64,000 nt of DNA. Origin: Patescibacteria group bacterium (GTDB lineage: Bacteria; Patescibacteriota; Patescibacteriia; Veblenbacterales; UBA10138). Each line of letters starts with the position of its first letter. Positions within the stretch are counted from its first letter, which is position 1. The notes under the pieces were generated by a model. That model was not told the origin of the DNA. It saw only the letters and a program-made list of their open reading frames with translations, and ran no database searches. Position numbers and translations under genes: made by a program. The DNA lies in the NCBI GenBank assembly GCA_018817715.1, contig JAHITT010000001.1, positions 34,690-98,689 of the forward strand, given 5' to 3'. This document shows, piece after piece, positions 18,496 through 29,171 of this stretch.

Positions 18496-20178
18496 TTACT
18501 TTTTCAAACAGGCTTTTATAAAATCCCTAAACAAAGGATGTGGGCGCAAAGGCCGAGATTGAAACTCAGGGTGAAACTGCGTACCCAACATAAAAGGATG
18601 ATCGGCTAATTCAGCTACTTCCACCAAATCACGTTCCTTGTTTAACCCGGAAAAAATCATACCAGCTTCCTGAAAACTATGGCGGTACTCATTATTAAAT
18701 TCATAGCGATGCCGGTGGCGCTCGGAAATAGTGGCTGTGCCATCCTTATGCTCGGTTAAGGGCACGGCCTGTGGGGCGACTTTAGAGGTATAAGCGCTAT
18801 AAGCCTTAGATTTAGCCTGCAATTGGCAATTATAGGCTCCTAAGCGCATACTAGCGCCCAGATGCTTAGCCTCCAGGTTCTGGCGCTGTTCTGGCATAAT
18901 GTGAATAACCGGATTAGCTGTTTTATTATCAAACTCGGTAGAATTAACTTCCTTGGTATTAAGCAAACGACGACCAAACTCAATGCACATAATTTGCATC
19001 CCCAAACACAAACCAAAATAAGGAATCTTATTATCCCTGGCATAAGCCGCCGCCATTATTTTGCCCTCGATCCCCCGATTGCCAAAACCACCCGGTACCA
19101 CAATACCATCAGCTTGTTTTAAGCGAGTCCATTCTTTTTTATCCTTGCTTTCTAATTTTTCCGAATCAATATCAATAATATTTAATTTAGATGCCTGCCA
19201 AGCGCTAGCCGCCTTTAAAGCTTCATGAACACTAATGTAAGCATCGCCGTGTGCCGTGTACTTACCCACCAAAGCCACAGTTATTTTTTTGGCCTTGGGA
19301 TTATGAATCCGACGCACTAAAGTTCGCCAAGCTGACAAATCAACTTTTTTCGGTTTTAATTTAAAATGTTTGTAAATAAGTTCAGACACATTATTTTTTT
19401 CCAAATCCAAAGGCACTTCATAAATAGACTTTAAAGTCGGACAAGGCAAGGCGTTGGGCAAAGGCACATCGCAAAACAAAGCAATTTTATGCAAAACATC
19501 TTTGGGAATTTTTTTAGCCGCCCGAGCCAAAATTATATCCGGCTGAATACCGGCCCGATGCAATTCTCTAACGGCCATTTGTGTAGGTTTGGTTTTATAT
19601 TCTTCCGAAGTTTCCAAATGCGGCAACAGCGTTACCAAGGCGAACATTACGTTGTCCGGACCAGATTCACGATGAAACTGCCGAGCCGCTTCCAAATACG
19701 GCTCCCCTTCAATATCGCCGACTGTACCGCCAATTTCTATTAACAAAAAATCCGCTTTGGTGCGCTGGGCCGTTTCGGTTATTTTATTTTTTATAAAACC
19801 GGTAATATGCGGGATTACCTGAATAGTTCGGCCTAAATAAGCCCCCTCCCGTTCGTCTAATAGAATTTTTTGATAAACCTGACCAGTGGTTAAGTTAGAT
19901 AAACGAGACAAAGGCTCGTCAATAAATCTTTCATAATGTCCTAAATCCAAATCCGCTTCATAACCATCGTCGGTTACAAAAACTTCGCCGTGTTGAAACG
20001 GGCTCATGGTCCCGGGATCAATATTCAAATAAGGGTCTAATTTTAAAACTGTAACGCTGTAACCGGCTGTTTTTAAAATAGCACCAATAGAAGCCATGGC
20101 CGTGCCCTTACCCAAACCCGAACAAACTCCGCCGGTTACAAAAATGTATTTGGTGGACATAAAATTATTCTGCTTCAA
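18496..20178 (-). CDS. pyrG: CTP synthase
   Basis: N-terminal synthase domain (GGVCSGLGKG), C-terminal GATase with GLCLGMQ and HRHRYE motifs. Confidence 0.9.
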   Translation of the reverse strand: MKQNNFMSTKYIFVTGGVCSGLGKGTAMASIGAILKTAGYSVTVLKLDPYLNIDPGTMSPFQHGEVFVTDDGYEADLDLGHYERFIDEPLSRLSNLTTGQVYQKILLDEREGAYLGRTIQVIPHITGFIKNKITETAQRTKADFLLIEIGGTVGDIEGEPYLEAARQFHRESGPDNVMFALVTLLPHLETSEEYKTKPTQMAVRELHRAGIQPDIILARAAKKIPKDVLHKIALFCDVPLPNALPCPTLKSIYEVPLDLEKNNVSELIYKHFKLKPKKVDLSAWRTLVRRIHNPKAKKITVALVGKYTAHGDAYISVHEALKAASAWQASKLNIIDIDSEKLESKDKKEWTRLKQADGIVVPGGFGNRGIEGKIMAAAYARDNKIPYFGLCLGMQIMCIEFGRRLLNTKEVNSTEFDNKTANPVIHIMPEQRQNLEAKHLGASMRLGAYNCQLQAKSKAYSAYTSKVAPQAVPLTEHKDGTATISERHRHRYEFNNEYRHSFQEAGMIFSGLNKERDLVEVAELADHPFMLGTQFHPEFQSRPLRPHPLFRDFIKACLKK

Positions 20179-20611
20179 TTATTACTTTTAGATTGACTGA
20201 CTCGTTAGAAGCCAAATTTACCTTAACCGTATGGCTACCAATAGTTTTTATATTATGACAACCGATTATTTGGCTGGCTTCTAACTTTAAACCGCCCGCC
20301 TTATTAATAGCCGCCAACACCTGCTCGGCCGAAACAGCTGCATACAACGTACTAGCCGACGAAGCTTTGGCTTGTAAATTAATTACCAAACCCTGCAAAC
20401 GTTGCTTAGTTTCGGTAAGTAAATTAACTTGAGCCAATAGTTGTTTTTTTTGCTTAGCAATATTAAGTTCCGCCTGTTTTAGAGTTTGGCTAGTGGCCCT
20501 AATAGCTAACTTATTAGGCAATAAATAATTCAAAGCAAAGCCGTCGCTTACCTCTTTGGTCTGATTTTTTTTACCGATATTAGGTACGTCTTTTAAGAAA
20601 ATAATTTTCAT
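20165..20611 (-). CDS. rplI: 50S ribosomal protein L9
   Basis: MKIIFLKDVPNIGKKNQTKEVSDGFALNYLLP matches the L9 N-domain; length 148 aa. Confidence 0.75.
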   Translation of the reverse strand: MKIIFLKDVPNIGKKNQTKEVSDGFALNYLLPNKLAIRATSQTLKQAELNIAKQKKQLLAQVNLLTETKQRLQGLVINLQAKASSASTLYAAVSAEQVLAAINKAGGLKLEASQIIGCHNIKTIGSHTVKVNLASNESVNLKVIIEAE

Positions 20612-20614
20612 AAG

Positions 20615-20887
20615 CTAAATTATAATAAAAAAATCTGGTTCCTTAATTACCACTTCATTAATAAATTTTACACTTTTTAAATTAGCCAGTTTTATATCCC
20701 GTCTTAACCAACCATCAAAAACTTGGATAACCTCTGCTGGACCTTGAACAACCAAAGTAACACTGGTGCTGTTTAGCTCGTTGTGCACCCAACCGCTAAT
20801 TTTTAACTGCTCCGCTTTAGTTTTAACCTGCCACCTTAAATTTATCCCCTGCACCTGGCCCTGCAAACTATAACGCCGCCTAATCAT
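20615..20887 (-). CDS. Acylphosphatase-like protein
   Basis: 90 aa. LQGQVQGINLRW resembles the acylphosphatase V-x-G-x-V-Q-G-V-x-F-R motif; second motif region (GWV.N) present. Confidence 0.45.
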   Translation of the reverse strand: MIRRRYSLQGQVQGINLRWQVKTKAEQLKISGWVHNELNSTSVTLVVQGPAEVIQVFDGWLRRDIKLANLKSVKFINEVVIKEPDFFIII

Positions 20888-20903
20888 AAACCCTGGTAAT
20901 AGT

Positions 20904-22169
20904 TCATCTGGCTAAAAATTGCAAAGCTCTTTCTAATTGAACATCTTTTTCTTCCTTAAGGTCTTCTTCGGTAAAGTCCACTTTAATATCTGGCTCCAAA
21001 CCGTTTTTATCAATCGATCGGCCTTTGGGCGTATACCATTTAGCCACGGTTAATTTAACAGCCGAACCATCAGGAAATTCTTCCAAATTTTGCACCGAAC
21101 CTTTGCCAAAAGTTTTTTGGCCAATAATGGTGGCCAAACCATAATCTTGCAAAGCGCCCGTAACAATTTCCGAAGCTGAAGCTGAACCTTCATTTACCAA
21201 AACCACTGTCGGCACTTTAACCAATTCGCCCGCGCCAGTGCTTTTATAATCCCGAGGTTCACCTTTAGGCATTTTTTCCGAAACTACCACCCCTTCCGTT
21301 ATCCAGTGGCTGGCAATAGCCACGCCTTGGTCCAAAAAACCACCCGGATTATTGCGTAAATCAAAAATAATCGACTGGCTACCTTGGGCTAATAATTTAG
21401 TCCAAGCTTCCTTAAATAAAATATCACTATTTTGGGAAAAATGAGCCAACCTAATATAACCGACTTTAGCGCCCGAAGGTAATTCTTTAATTTCACTTTG
21501 AACAATTTTTAAAACTATTTTATCGCGCACGATTTCCACTATTTTCGGCTGATCCGCTAATTTAGATAAAATTAAAAGCTTAACAGCTGTGCCTCGCTCA
21601 CCTCTAATTAACCGAACGGCCTTATCCACCGCCATACCAGTGGTATCGGTATTTTCAATAGCTAAAATTCGATCACCAGACTTTAAACCCGCCCGATCAG
21701 CCGGGGTATCAGGCAAAGGCGCCACAATTACTAAATTCTGGTCTTTAACACCAATTTCCGCACCAATACCATCAAAACTACCAGCCAATTCACTAGCAAA
21801 TTCTTGAGCAGTTTGCGGATCCATATAAATGGAATAAGGATCTTCCAAACCTTGAACCATGCCAGCAATAGCCCCATAAAATAATTTAGTGTCGCTAATG
21901 GAATTATTTATGTAATTATTATGAACGTATTGCCAAACTTTCCAAAATAAAGAAAAATCAATATCTTTAGCTAAATAATCCGGCGCCGGCTGATTAACAT
22001 TGGTCACCTGGCCATTAGGAATATTAGTAATCGTTTGTTTATTTAAACCCCAACCATAACCCAATAAAAATGCTACCAAAACAAAAACTACCACCAAAGT
22101 CGGTGGCAGAGGCCGCTGATAGCGGCTAAGAAAATTACTCTTAAAGAAAAAAGACAACTTTTGATTCAT
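20904..22169 (-). CDS. ctpA: Carboxyl-terminal processing protease (S41, PDZ-containing)
   Basis: N-terminal TM, PDZ region, S41 catalytic region NEGSASASEIV with downstream Lys. Confidence 0.8.
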   Translation of the reverse strand: MNQKLSFFFKSNFLSRYQRPLPPTLVVVFVLVAFLLGYGWGLNKQTITNIPNGQVTNVNQPAPDYLAKDIDFSLFWKVWQYVHNNYINNSISDTKLFYGAIAGMVQGLEDPYSIYMDPQTAQEFASELAGSFDGIGAEIGVKDQNLVIVAPLPDTPADRAGLKSGDRILAIENTDTTGMAVDKAVRLIRGERGTAVKLLILSKLADQPKIVEIVRDKIVLKIVQSEIKELPSGAKVGYIRLAHFSQNSDILFKEAWTKLLAQGSQSIIFDLRNNPGGFLDQGVAIASHWITEGVVVSEKMPKGEPRDYKSTGAGELVKVPTVVLVNEGSASASEIVTGALQDYGLATIIGQKTFGKGSVQNLEEFPDGSAVKLTVAKWYTPKGRSIDKNGLEPDIKVDFTEEDLKEEKDVQLERALQFLAR

Positions 22170-22226
22170 TTATTTTTAAATTAAAGCCACAGCCAGTCTA
22201 ACACTTAAAAAACTTCTGGTCAAAAA

Positions 22227-23477
22227 CTAAACTCTTTTTACTTTAGCACCTAAAGTGGTTAAACGTTCTACCAAATGCTGATAACCGCGATCCACAATTT
22301 CTAGATCATTAATCACAGTTTGGCCCTCGGCAATTAAACCGGCAATTATTAAAGTGGCCCCAGCCCGCAAATCAAAAGATCTTATTTCCCGACCATATAA
22401 AGGCGTTGGCCCGTTAATAATCACCCGATGCGGATCGGCCACCACAGCATTAGCCCCCATTTTAGTAAGTTCGGCAATATGATTAAGCCGGCCTTCGTAT
22501 AAAGGATCGTGAATCAAAGAACTACCGCTAGCCTGAGTAGCCAACACGGCAAAAGGTGCCTGCAAATCCGTGGCAAATCCCGGATAAGGCATAGTTTGTA
22601 ATTTAAAAGGCTTTAACTGCCGACTGGCTCGCACAATTAAACTATTTTCCTCTAAAGTAAAATCAACGCCAATTTCTTTAAGCTTTAACAGAACAATGCT
22701 TAAATGCTCGGGCATAATGGAATTAATTTTTATTTCTCCTCGACCTACGGCGGCCAAAACTGCCCAAGTACCCGCTTCTACCATATCAGGAATAATAGTA
22801 TGCTCGCCACCTGTAAGCTTACTAACACCTTCAATAACTAATTTATGAGTACCAATACCGCTTATCTGGGCGCCTAATTTATTTAAAAAATTACACAAAT
22901 CCTGAACATGCGGTTCAGCCGCCGCCAATTCTATAGTGGTTAAACCTTTAGCTAAAACCGCGGCCATAATAATATTTTCCGTGGCCGTAACCGAAAACTC
23001 TGGCAAAACTATCTGGGCACCATGCAAACCATTGGCTTTTAAAACATAAGAATCTTCAACCTGTTCCACTTTGGCGCCTAATTGCTTTAAACCAACAAAA
23101 TGAGCGGCCAAGGGTCGATTGCCGATTATACAACCGCCCGGTTCGGGCAAACTTACTTCGCCTAACCGACTAAGCAAGGGGCCAAACATTAAAACCGATG
23201 AACGCATACTACGCACCAAGGCCCTGTCTAATTTAGCAGCTGAAATTTCTTTAGCTTCAATTTGTACGCTCTCGCCCTGCCTTACCACCTTAGCGCCCAA
23301 ACCAACCAATAAAGCCAACATTTTTTCCACATCAGCAATTTGTGGCACGTTATTAAGCTTCACCACTTCTTGAGTCAACAAACAAGCCGCCACAATCGGT
23401 GTGGTAGCGTTTTTAGCTCCTTGAACAGTAATTTGGCCGTGCAAAGGTCGGCCGCCTTCTATCAAAAGTGATCCCAT
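22227..23477 (-). CDS. murA: UDP-N-acetylglucosamine 1-carboxyvinyltransferase
   Basis: Full-length EPSP-synthase-fold protein with MurA N-terminus (LLIEGGRPLHGQITVQGAKNA). Confidence 0.9.
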   Translation of the reverse strand: MGSLLIEGGRPLHGQITVQGAKNATTPIVAACLLTQEVVKLNNVPQIADVEKMLALLVGLGAKVVRQGESVQIEAKEISAAKLDRALVRSMRSSVLMFGPLLSRLGEVSLPEPGGCIIGNRPLAAHFVGLKQLGAKVEQVEDSYVLKANGLHGAQIVLPEFSVTATENIIMAAVLAKGLTTIELAAAEPHVQDLCNFLNKLGAQISGIGTHKLVIEGVSKLTGGEHTIIPDMVEAGTWAVLAAVGRGEIKINSIMPEHLSIVLLKLKEIGVDFTLEENSLIVRASRQLKPFKLQTMPYPGFATDLQAPFAVLATQASGSSLIHDPLYEGRLNHIAELTKMGANAVVADPHRVIINGPTPLYGREIRSFDLRAGATLIIAGLIAEGQTVINDLEIVDRGYQHLVERLTTLGAKVKRV

Positions 23478-23552
23478 GTTACACTTATTAAAGCTTAACT
23501 TAAATAAGTTTAGCTTATTATTGATAGCATTTCAACCTTCTAGTTTTATTTT

Positions 23553-24947
23553 ATGAATTTATTTTGGCGCCGCTTTATTTATTTAGGATTTTTTCTTATT
23601 TTTTTTCTAGCGGCTTTTGGTCTACTATTTTATCTGCAAGGCTACCGCTACGATTTCACCAATAACCGTTTGGAAAGGATTGGCGCTTTAATGGCCGACT
23701 CTCTACCTCTGAAAGCTGACCTGTTTATAAATGACCAAATAACTCCCCACCAAACACCAGTTACTGTCCAATCGCTACATCCCCAGGATTATCTAGTTAA
23801 ACTAACTCGAGACGGTTTTCAATCTTGGCAAAAAAAACTAAAAGTCCAACCAGCTTTAGTAACTTTTACCGGCCAAGTTAGATTGTGGCCCAACCAAACC
23901 GACAGCCAGCCAATTACCAGCGGGCAAATTAATAACGCCTTACTATCACCCAATAAAGAAAATCTACTGTACCAAATTCCCAAAGGCTTAAATAGTGGCT
24001 TATGGCTGTTAAATTTAGCCAGCGGGCAAACTGCTTTGTTAAAGCGTCAAGCTGGTTTATCTTTTAAAAATTTAGAATGGTCGCCCTCTAGCCGACATTT
24101 TTTGACCCAACAATCCAACAACGGCCAATTAAGCTGGCAAATTTATTCTTTAAGCGACAGTGCCTGGCGCAGCCTTAATTTGCCAGTCGATTTAAATCCC
24201 AAACAATTACACTGGGGCGATGATGAAGACTTAGTTTTTATCTCAACCGACAACGAACTTTATTCTTTTAATTATAAAAACGGCAGTAAAAAACTTATCT
24301 GGCGTGAAGCTATAAGTGATTTTCGCGTGCATGACAATTTAATTTTTGCCCTCAGTTTAAGAAGTAATCAAAGCTTAGCCCTAAAAGCCCTTAACTTATC
24401 TAACTTACAAGTAGTTTTATTTGACGATCCCCCCACCTTGTCCAGCAATTTAAAATTCTTACCAGCTAATCAACCTAGTGGCTGGTTACCTTTATTTGAT
24501 CTAGACCGCCACATCCTTTATTTACTACACTCGCCTTTAACCGAACTTATACCCATTAGACGACTACCCGAAGTTAATTCTTTAGATTGGTCCCCTGATG
24601 GCCAAAGTTTGCTTTTGACCAATAATTTCGAAATTTGGGACTATCAAATAACCGATAATAAATTAAACTTGCTCCTGCGTTTAGGTTCGGCCTTTTCTTT
24701 AGGACGCTACTTTAACCAAGAACCCTATTTAATTGTAGCCGCTGGCCAAGAAATCTGGGCTTTGGAAACAGATACTAGGGACACTCAACAACGTTGGTTA
24801 TTAAGCGAACTTAAAAATGAAGTCCAGGATATTTATCTGGACCCCAAAAATAAAAATATAATTCTCTTAACAGAAGCTGGGCTAAACCAGCTAACCGTTG
24901 ATCCTAGTTCGCTAAGCGATAACCGGCAGCTAATACGTTGGCCTTAA
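23553..24947 (+). CDS. Membrane-anchored PEGA-domain / PD40 beta-propeller-like protein
   Basis: N-terminal TM, PEGA-like segment (PVTVQSLHPQDYLVKLTRDGFQSW), WSPDG-type repeats. Confidence 0.4.
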   Translation: MNLFWRRFIYLGFFLIFFLAAFGLLFYLQGYRYDFTNNRLERIGALMADSLPLKADLFINDQITPHQTPVTVQSLHPQDYLVKLTRDGFQSWQKKLKVQPALVTFTGQVRLWPNQTDSQPITSGQINNALLSPNKENLLYQIPKGLNSGLWLLNLASGQTALLKRQAGLSFKNLEWSPSSRHFLTQQSNNGQLSWQIYSLSDSAWRSLNLPVDLNPKQLHWGDDEDLVFISTDNELYSFNYKNGSKKLIWREAISDFRVHDNLIFALSLRSNQSLALKALNLSNLQVVLFDDPPTLSSNLKFLPANQPSGWLPLFDLDRHILYLLHSPLTELIPIRRLPEVNSLDWSPDGQSLLLTNNFEIWDYQITDNKLNLLLRLGSAFSLGRYFNQEPYLIVAAGQEIWALETDTRDTQQRWLLSELKNEVQDIYLDPKNKNIILLTEAGLNQLTVDPSSLSDNRQLIRWP

Positions 24948-25620
24948 GCAAAGAATCAAAAGTACCGGCATCTATCCATTCACCAGTTACTGTATCAACT
25001 ATTAATTCACCGCGCTGTAAATACCAATTGTGCAAATCAGTTATTTCCAACTCACCCCGCGCCGATGGTTTAAGATTTTTAGCTACTTCCACCACTCGAT
25101 TATCATAGATATATAAACCAGTAATGGCATAGTTGGATAAAAATTCCTGGGGTTTTTCTTGTATAACCGTGGCTTTTTTTTGCTCGTCAAATTTTACCAC
25201 ACCAAACCGTTCCGGATCGGTTACTTCTTTGGCAAAAATATGCCCACCGCCAGTAAAAGATTTAATAGCCTGACTAAAATCATCCTGAAAAATATTATCC
25301 CCCAAAATCATAGTAACATTGTCCTGACCGATAAAATCAGCACCAATCACAAAAGCTTGGGATAAACCTTCAGGTCTGTCTTGTATTTCGTAAGTAAACT
25401 TAGCGCCAAATTGCCGACCCGAACCTAATAAATGCAAAAAATCTCCAGCGTGTTCTGGTGAAACAATAATCAAAATCTCCTTAATCCCCGCTTTCAACAA
25501 AGTTTCCAAGGGATACATAATCATCGGCTTGTTATAGATGGGTAATAATTGCTTACTGGTTACGGTTGTTAAAGGCTTTAATCTACTACCTTCACCGCCG
25601 GCTAAAATTATTCCTTTCAT
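24904..25620 (-). CDS. rmlA: Sugar-phosphate nucleotidyltransferase (glucose-1-phosphate thymidylyltransferase-like, short form)
   Basis: MKGIILAGGEGSRLKPLT...KQLLPI N-terminal signature. Adjacent to rmlD/rmlB. Confidence 0.65.
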   Translation of the reverse strand: MKGIILAGGEGSRLKPLTTVTSKQLLPIYNKPMIMYPLETLLKAGIKEILIIVSPEHAGDFLHLLGSGRQFGAKFTYEIQDRPEGLSQAFVIGADFIGQDNVTMILGDNIFQDDFSQAIKSFTGGGHIFAKEVTDPERFGVVKFDEQKKATVIQEKPQEFLSNYAITGLYIYDNRVVEVAKNLKPSARGELEITDLHNWYLQRGELIVDTVTGEWIDAGTFDSLLKANVLAAGYRLAN

Positions 25621-26492
25621 AAAGTTGTTTGTAAATATTCTTTAACCGCTTCTTGCCAAGGGCGCAAGTGCGGAAACTTAGTATTAAGTAAAATAGCTTT
25701 TTTGGGCCGAACCACTAGATCTGGATAATCAGCCGAGGCCACCGGTTGTAAAGAATTTTTTAAACCCCGTAACCGTCCAATTTCTCTAGCTAATTCATAC
25801 CAACTAGTTGCTTGCTCATTTACCAAATGATAAATACCCGGCTCATAACCATTACTTAGTAACTTGCGCACAGCGTTAGCCAAATCCACTGTGTAGGTTG
25901 GTTTACCAAATTGATCATTAACCACCTGAAGATTTTTTTGTTGTTGAGCTTTTTGTAAAATAGTGGCTATAAAATTCAAACCTCTAGGCTTGCCCCGTTG
26001 AGGCGTCCGCCCATACAACCAAGAAGTTCTAATCAAAAAACCATTTTGATAATTTAAAATATGCTTTTCACCAGCCATTTTACTTTGGCCATAATAATTT
26101 AAAGGTTTAGGTCTGGCTGACTCATCATAACCAGCCGCCTCGGTTAAACCATCAAACACGTATTCTGTGGAAAAATGCACTAACCAAGCATCTAATAATT
26201 TAGCGCTGTCGGCCAAATAACCAACGGCTCGGTCATTTAAACTATCAGCTGCTGTATGATTGTCTTCGGCACCTAAAACATCGGTATAACCAGTGGCGTT
26301 AATAATAATCTTTGGTTTAAGCTCTTTAATTTTTAATAAAACTTCAGCCTGATTAGTAACATCAATCTGTTCCTTATCCCACAAAACTAAACCAGGTAAA
26401 TCAGCCAAAACTAAGGCCAAATCACTGCCCAACATACCTAAAACACCCAGTAATAAAACTTTATCGTTTGGCTTGTTTAACAAATTCTGCAT
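25617..26492 (-). CDS. rmlD: dTDP-4-dehydrorhamnose reductase
   Basis: RmlD substrate-binding-domain pattern, about 290 aa, 4-nt overlap with rmlA. Confidence 0.65.
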   Translation of the reverse strand: MQNLLNKPNDKVLLLGVLGMLGSDLALVLADLPGLVLWDKEQIDVTNQAEVLLKIKELKPKIIINATGYTDVLGAEDNHTAADSLNDRAVGYLADSAKLLDAWLVHFSTEYVFDGLTEAAGYDESARPKPLNYYGQSKMAGEKHILNYQNGFLIRTSWLYGRTPQRGKPRGLNFIATILQKAQQQKNLQVVNDQFGKPTYTVDLANAVRKLLSNGYEPGIYHLVNEQATSWYELAREIGRLRGLKNSLQPVASADYPDLVVRPKKAILLNTKFPHLRPWQEAVKEYLQTTL

Positions 26493-26862
26493 AATCGTTT
26501 ATATAATCCTGGCGCGCTGAATCATAATTAGTGGATGATAAAGCCATTAGCACGCAATCTTGAGAAAAATCTTTAAAATGATGCCAAACATAGTTACCTA
26601 CGTAAATAGCTTCCCCGGTTTTTAAAATTACTTCTTGGCAACCCAAACCGTTACTATCAATAACAGCTGTTACCTGACCAACTAAACAAATAAAACACTC
26701 TTTCTCCACTTTGTGACAATGAGAACCGGTCGGCTGACTAGCCTTAAGTAAGGCGTAAACCCGCTCTACTGTAAAATCCAAGCGCTCTTTAACCTCCAGT
26801 GGTATTAAACTGAATCGTTCATTTTTGTGGATAGGTAAAATTATTTTTTTAAACAAGCCCAT
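26461..26862 (-). CDS. FdtA/WxcM-like cupin sugar 3,4-ketoisomerase (or RmlC-like epimerase)
   Basis: Pattern ERFSLIPLE...ERVYAL...GSHCHKVEKECFICLVG...GNYVWHHFKDFSQDCVLMALSSTNYD..DYINDY matches the FdtA family. 32-nt out-of-frame overlap with rmlD. Confidence 0.5.
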   Translation of the reverse strand: MGLFKKIILPIHKNERFSLIPLEVKERLDFTVERVYALLKASQPTGSHCHKVEKECFICLVGQVTAVIDSNGLGCQEVILKTGEAIYVGNYVWHHFKDFSQDCVLMALSSTNYDSARQDYINDYAEFVKQAKR

Positions 26863-26872
26863 AAAACTCCTA

Positions 26873-27877
26873 TTATTTTAAATGCTCATTAAAAGCCGAC
26901 TGCCTGGCCAATAAATTTTTAACCCACTCTTGATTATTTAAATACCAATCAACTGTTTCTTTAATGGCCTTGGTAAAATCATAAGCCGGCCGCCAATCAA
27001 GCTCTTGAGCAATTTTGGAAGCATCAATAGCATAACGTCGATCGTGACCCGGTCGATCTTTCACAAAAGTTATTAAATCTTCCGATTTATTAAGTTGCTT
27101 TAAAATTATTTTAGCTATGTCTAAATTAGACATTTCATTATGTCCGCCAATATTATAAACTTGGCCGGGCACACCCTTATGCAACATGGCGTCAATAGCT
27201 GTACAGTGATCCCTAACATACAACCAATCACGTACGTTAAGCCCGTCGCCGTACAAAGGCAAGGGTAAATTCTGGCTAGCCCGAGTAATAAAAAACGGAA
27301 TTAATTTTTCCGGAAATTGATAAGGCCCATAATTATTAGAACAATGGCTTACCACCACCGGCAAGGCAAAAGTTTTCCAAGCCGCTCGGCATAGCAAATC
27401 ACCAGCCGCTTTAGCGGCCGCGTAAGGCACATTAGGCTGAAAAGCGGTGTCTTCGGTAAAATATTGTCCGTCGTTCAACTCCAAAGAACCATACACTTCA
27501 TCCGTGGAAATTTGAACTATTTTTTTTATTTTAAACTGACGCGTAGCATCCAATAAAGTCTGCACACCCAACGCATTAGTCAAAACAAAGTCTCGGGCGC
27601 CCAAATGAATACTACGATCCACGTGAGTTTCGGCGGCAAAATTAATTATCGCTTCTACGCCCTGACCTAATACTTCAACCACTTTAATTGGGTCGGCAAT
27701 ATCACCCTGAACAAAACTATAACGCGGATTATTAGCCACCTTGAGTAAATTGTCTAAATTGCCAGCATACGTTAATTTATCCAAATTAATCACTGTATAA
27801 TTCGGATACTTGTCCAAAATATAATTTATAAAATTTGAACCAATAAACCCAGCGCCGCCGGTTACTAATATTTTCAT
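26873..27877 (-). CDS. rmlB: dTDP-glucose 4,6-dehydratase
   Basis: MKILVTGGAGFIGSNF, YxxxK SDR-extended motifs, about 334 aa. Confidence 0.85.
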   Translation of the reverse strand: MKILVTGGAGFIGSNFINYILDKYPNYTVINLDKLTYAGNLDNLLKVANNPRYSFVQGDIADPIKVVEVLGQGVEAIINFAAETHVDRSIHLGARDFVLTNALGVQTLLDATRQFKIKKIVQISTDEVYGSLELNDGQYFTEDTAFQPNVPYAAAKAAGDLLCRAAWKTFALPVVVSHCSNNYGPYQFPEKLIPFFITRASQNLPLPLYGDGLNVRDWLYVRDHCTAIDAMLHKGVPGQVYNIGGHNEMSNLDIAKIILKQLNKSEDLITFVKDRPGHDRRYAIDASKIAQELDWRPAYDFTKAIKETVDWYLNNQEWVKNLLARQSAFNEHLK

Positions 27878-27881
27878 AATG

Positions 27882-28295
27882 TTATAATTCTTTAAAATAA
27901 GCTGCTATCTTGACTGATAAATCTTCCGCCTGGTTAATCTGATAATCCTTATGCGGCCAAGCTGGCAACTGGTCATGAGCTAACCGAGGAATAATATGAA
28001 AGTGACAATGGTTTATAACTTGTCCGGCCGTAACGCCATTATTCAAAGTTAAATTAAAACCCGAACTAGCTGTACCTTTAACCACTGCTTTAGCCACAAT
28101 TTTAGCAAACTTTATTAAACCAACCGCTGATTCCTCGGGCAAACTTAATAAATCCTCATAATGTTTTTTGGGTATTACCAAGGTGTGGCCCGGTTGAACT
28201 GGTTTAATATCTAAAAAAGCCAAATAATCTTCAGTTTCCGCCACTAGCCAAGCTGGCAATTCTTTATTTACTATTTTACAAAAAATACAATCCAT
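27882..28295 (-). CDS. HIT-family (histidine triad) nucleotide hydrolase/transferase
   Basis: HCHFHIIPR histidine triad. Confidence 0.75.
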   Translation of the reverse strand: MDCIFCKIVNKELPAWLVAETEDYLAFLDIKPVQPGHTLVIPKKHYEDLLSLPEESAVGLIKFAKIVAKAVVKGTASSGFNLTLNNGVTAGQVINHCHFHIIPRLAHDQLPAWPHKDYQINQAEDLSVKIAAYFKEL

Positions 28296-28299
28296 AATA

Positions 28300-28389
28300 A
28301 ATTCATTAAATCCGAAATCCTAAATAATTTAAATATTGGTTTGTTGTTTGATATTTGAAATTAAACATTTTTAATGTTTAGAATTTTAT
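28300..28389. repeat. Copy of AT-rich dispersed motif (AAATCCGAAATCCTAAAT) in an intergenic region
   Basis: Shares TAAATCCTAAAT-type core with 41.6 kb, 54.2 kb, 54.7 kb and 55.85 kb copies. Confidence 0.3.
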
Positions 28390-28872
28390 CTAATACAACA
28401 TCAGCTCCTGTCTTAAACCGGCTAAATATTTTTGGGCAGCTACAGTGTCCTGTTCTTCTGGCGACCAAGGCGCCATAATTTTATGAGTAGCTGGTTGCCA
28501 AGGTCCTTCAGTAACTATATAAACGGCTGTATCAGCCTCTAAAGCAATTGACATATGCCAAGTATTCGACTCTATTTCCAAAACATAGGGACTAACCTTG
28601 GCTGTTAAAATAATCTGGCTAGCTGGCCGACCGTCTTCGGCAAACTCCACCATAGCTAATTTACCCTGTAAAACAACCATCACTTCCACCTTGTCCGGCG
28701 ATTGATGTTTGTGCGGACGGACGTAAGAATCTGGTTGAATTACATTAAGTAAACGATGAATCTTATCATCATTATCTTGATGAAAAGTGTATAAACTGCG
28801 CCGCCTGGCTGAATTCTGAGCTGCCGCCGCTATTTCGTTTATTAAATTGTCGTCTAGCAGTTTAAAAGACAT
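28390..28872 (-). CDS. Cupin-fold protein (WbuC-like), in glycosylation locus
   Basis: Size and His-containing beta-rich pattern (RPHKHQSPDKVEVMVVLQGKL). Weak call. Confidence 0.3.
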   Translation of the reverse strand: MSFKLLDDNLINEIAAAAQNSARRRSLYTFHQDNDDKIHRLLNVIQPDSYVRPHKHQSPDKVEVMVVLQGKLAMVEFAEDGRPASQIILTAKVSPYVLEIESNTWHMSIALEADTAVYIVTEGPWQPATHKIMAPWSPEEQDTVAAQKYLAGLRQELMLY

Positions 28873-28877
28873 AAGAC

Positions 28878-29171
28878 TTACTTAATTAGCCTAACTATTA
28901 AAACACTTATTATTATAACAGATAGAATTAATTGGCTGTAATAAGCTAATTTATTCCCCTGTTTTACCGGCTGACCAATTAGCCAAGCTATTAGAGCTAA
29001 CACTAAAATCAAATTAAGGTCAAGGTACAAACTTACCCCGCCCGGCCTAACTAATTCTAAAAGCCACATTAACCACCAAGCACCTAATAATCCCAAAGAT
29101 AATTCGCCTAACCACCGACGGATTAATTTACTAACTCGATAATCTAATATTGATAAATTAATCATAACCAA
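28878..29171 (-). CDS. Small membrane protein (2-3 TM), unknown
   Basis: Hydrophobic 97-aa ORF. Confidence 0.3.
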   Translation of the reverse strand: MVMINLSILDYRVSKLIRRWLGELSLGLLGAWWLMWLLELVRPGGVSLYLDLNLILVLALIAWLIGQPVKQGNKLAYYSQLILSVIIISVLIVRLIK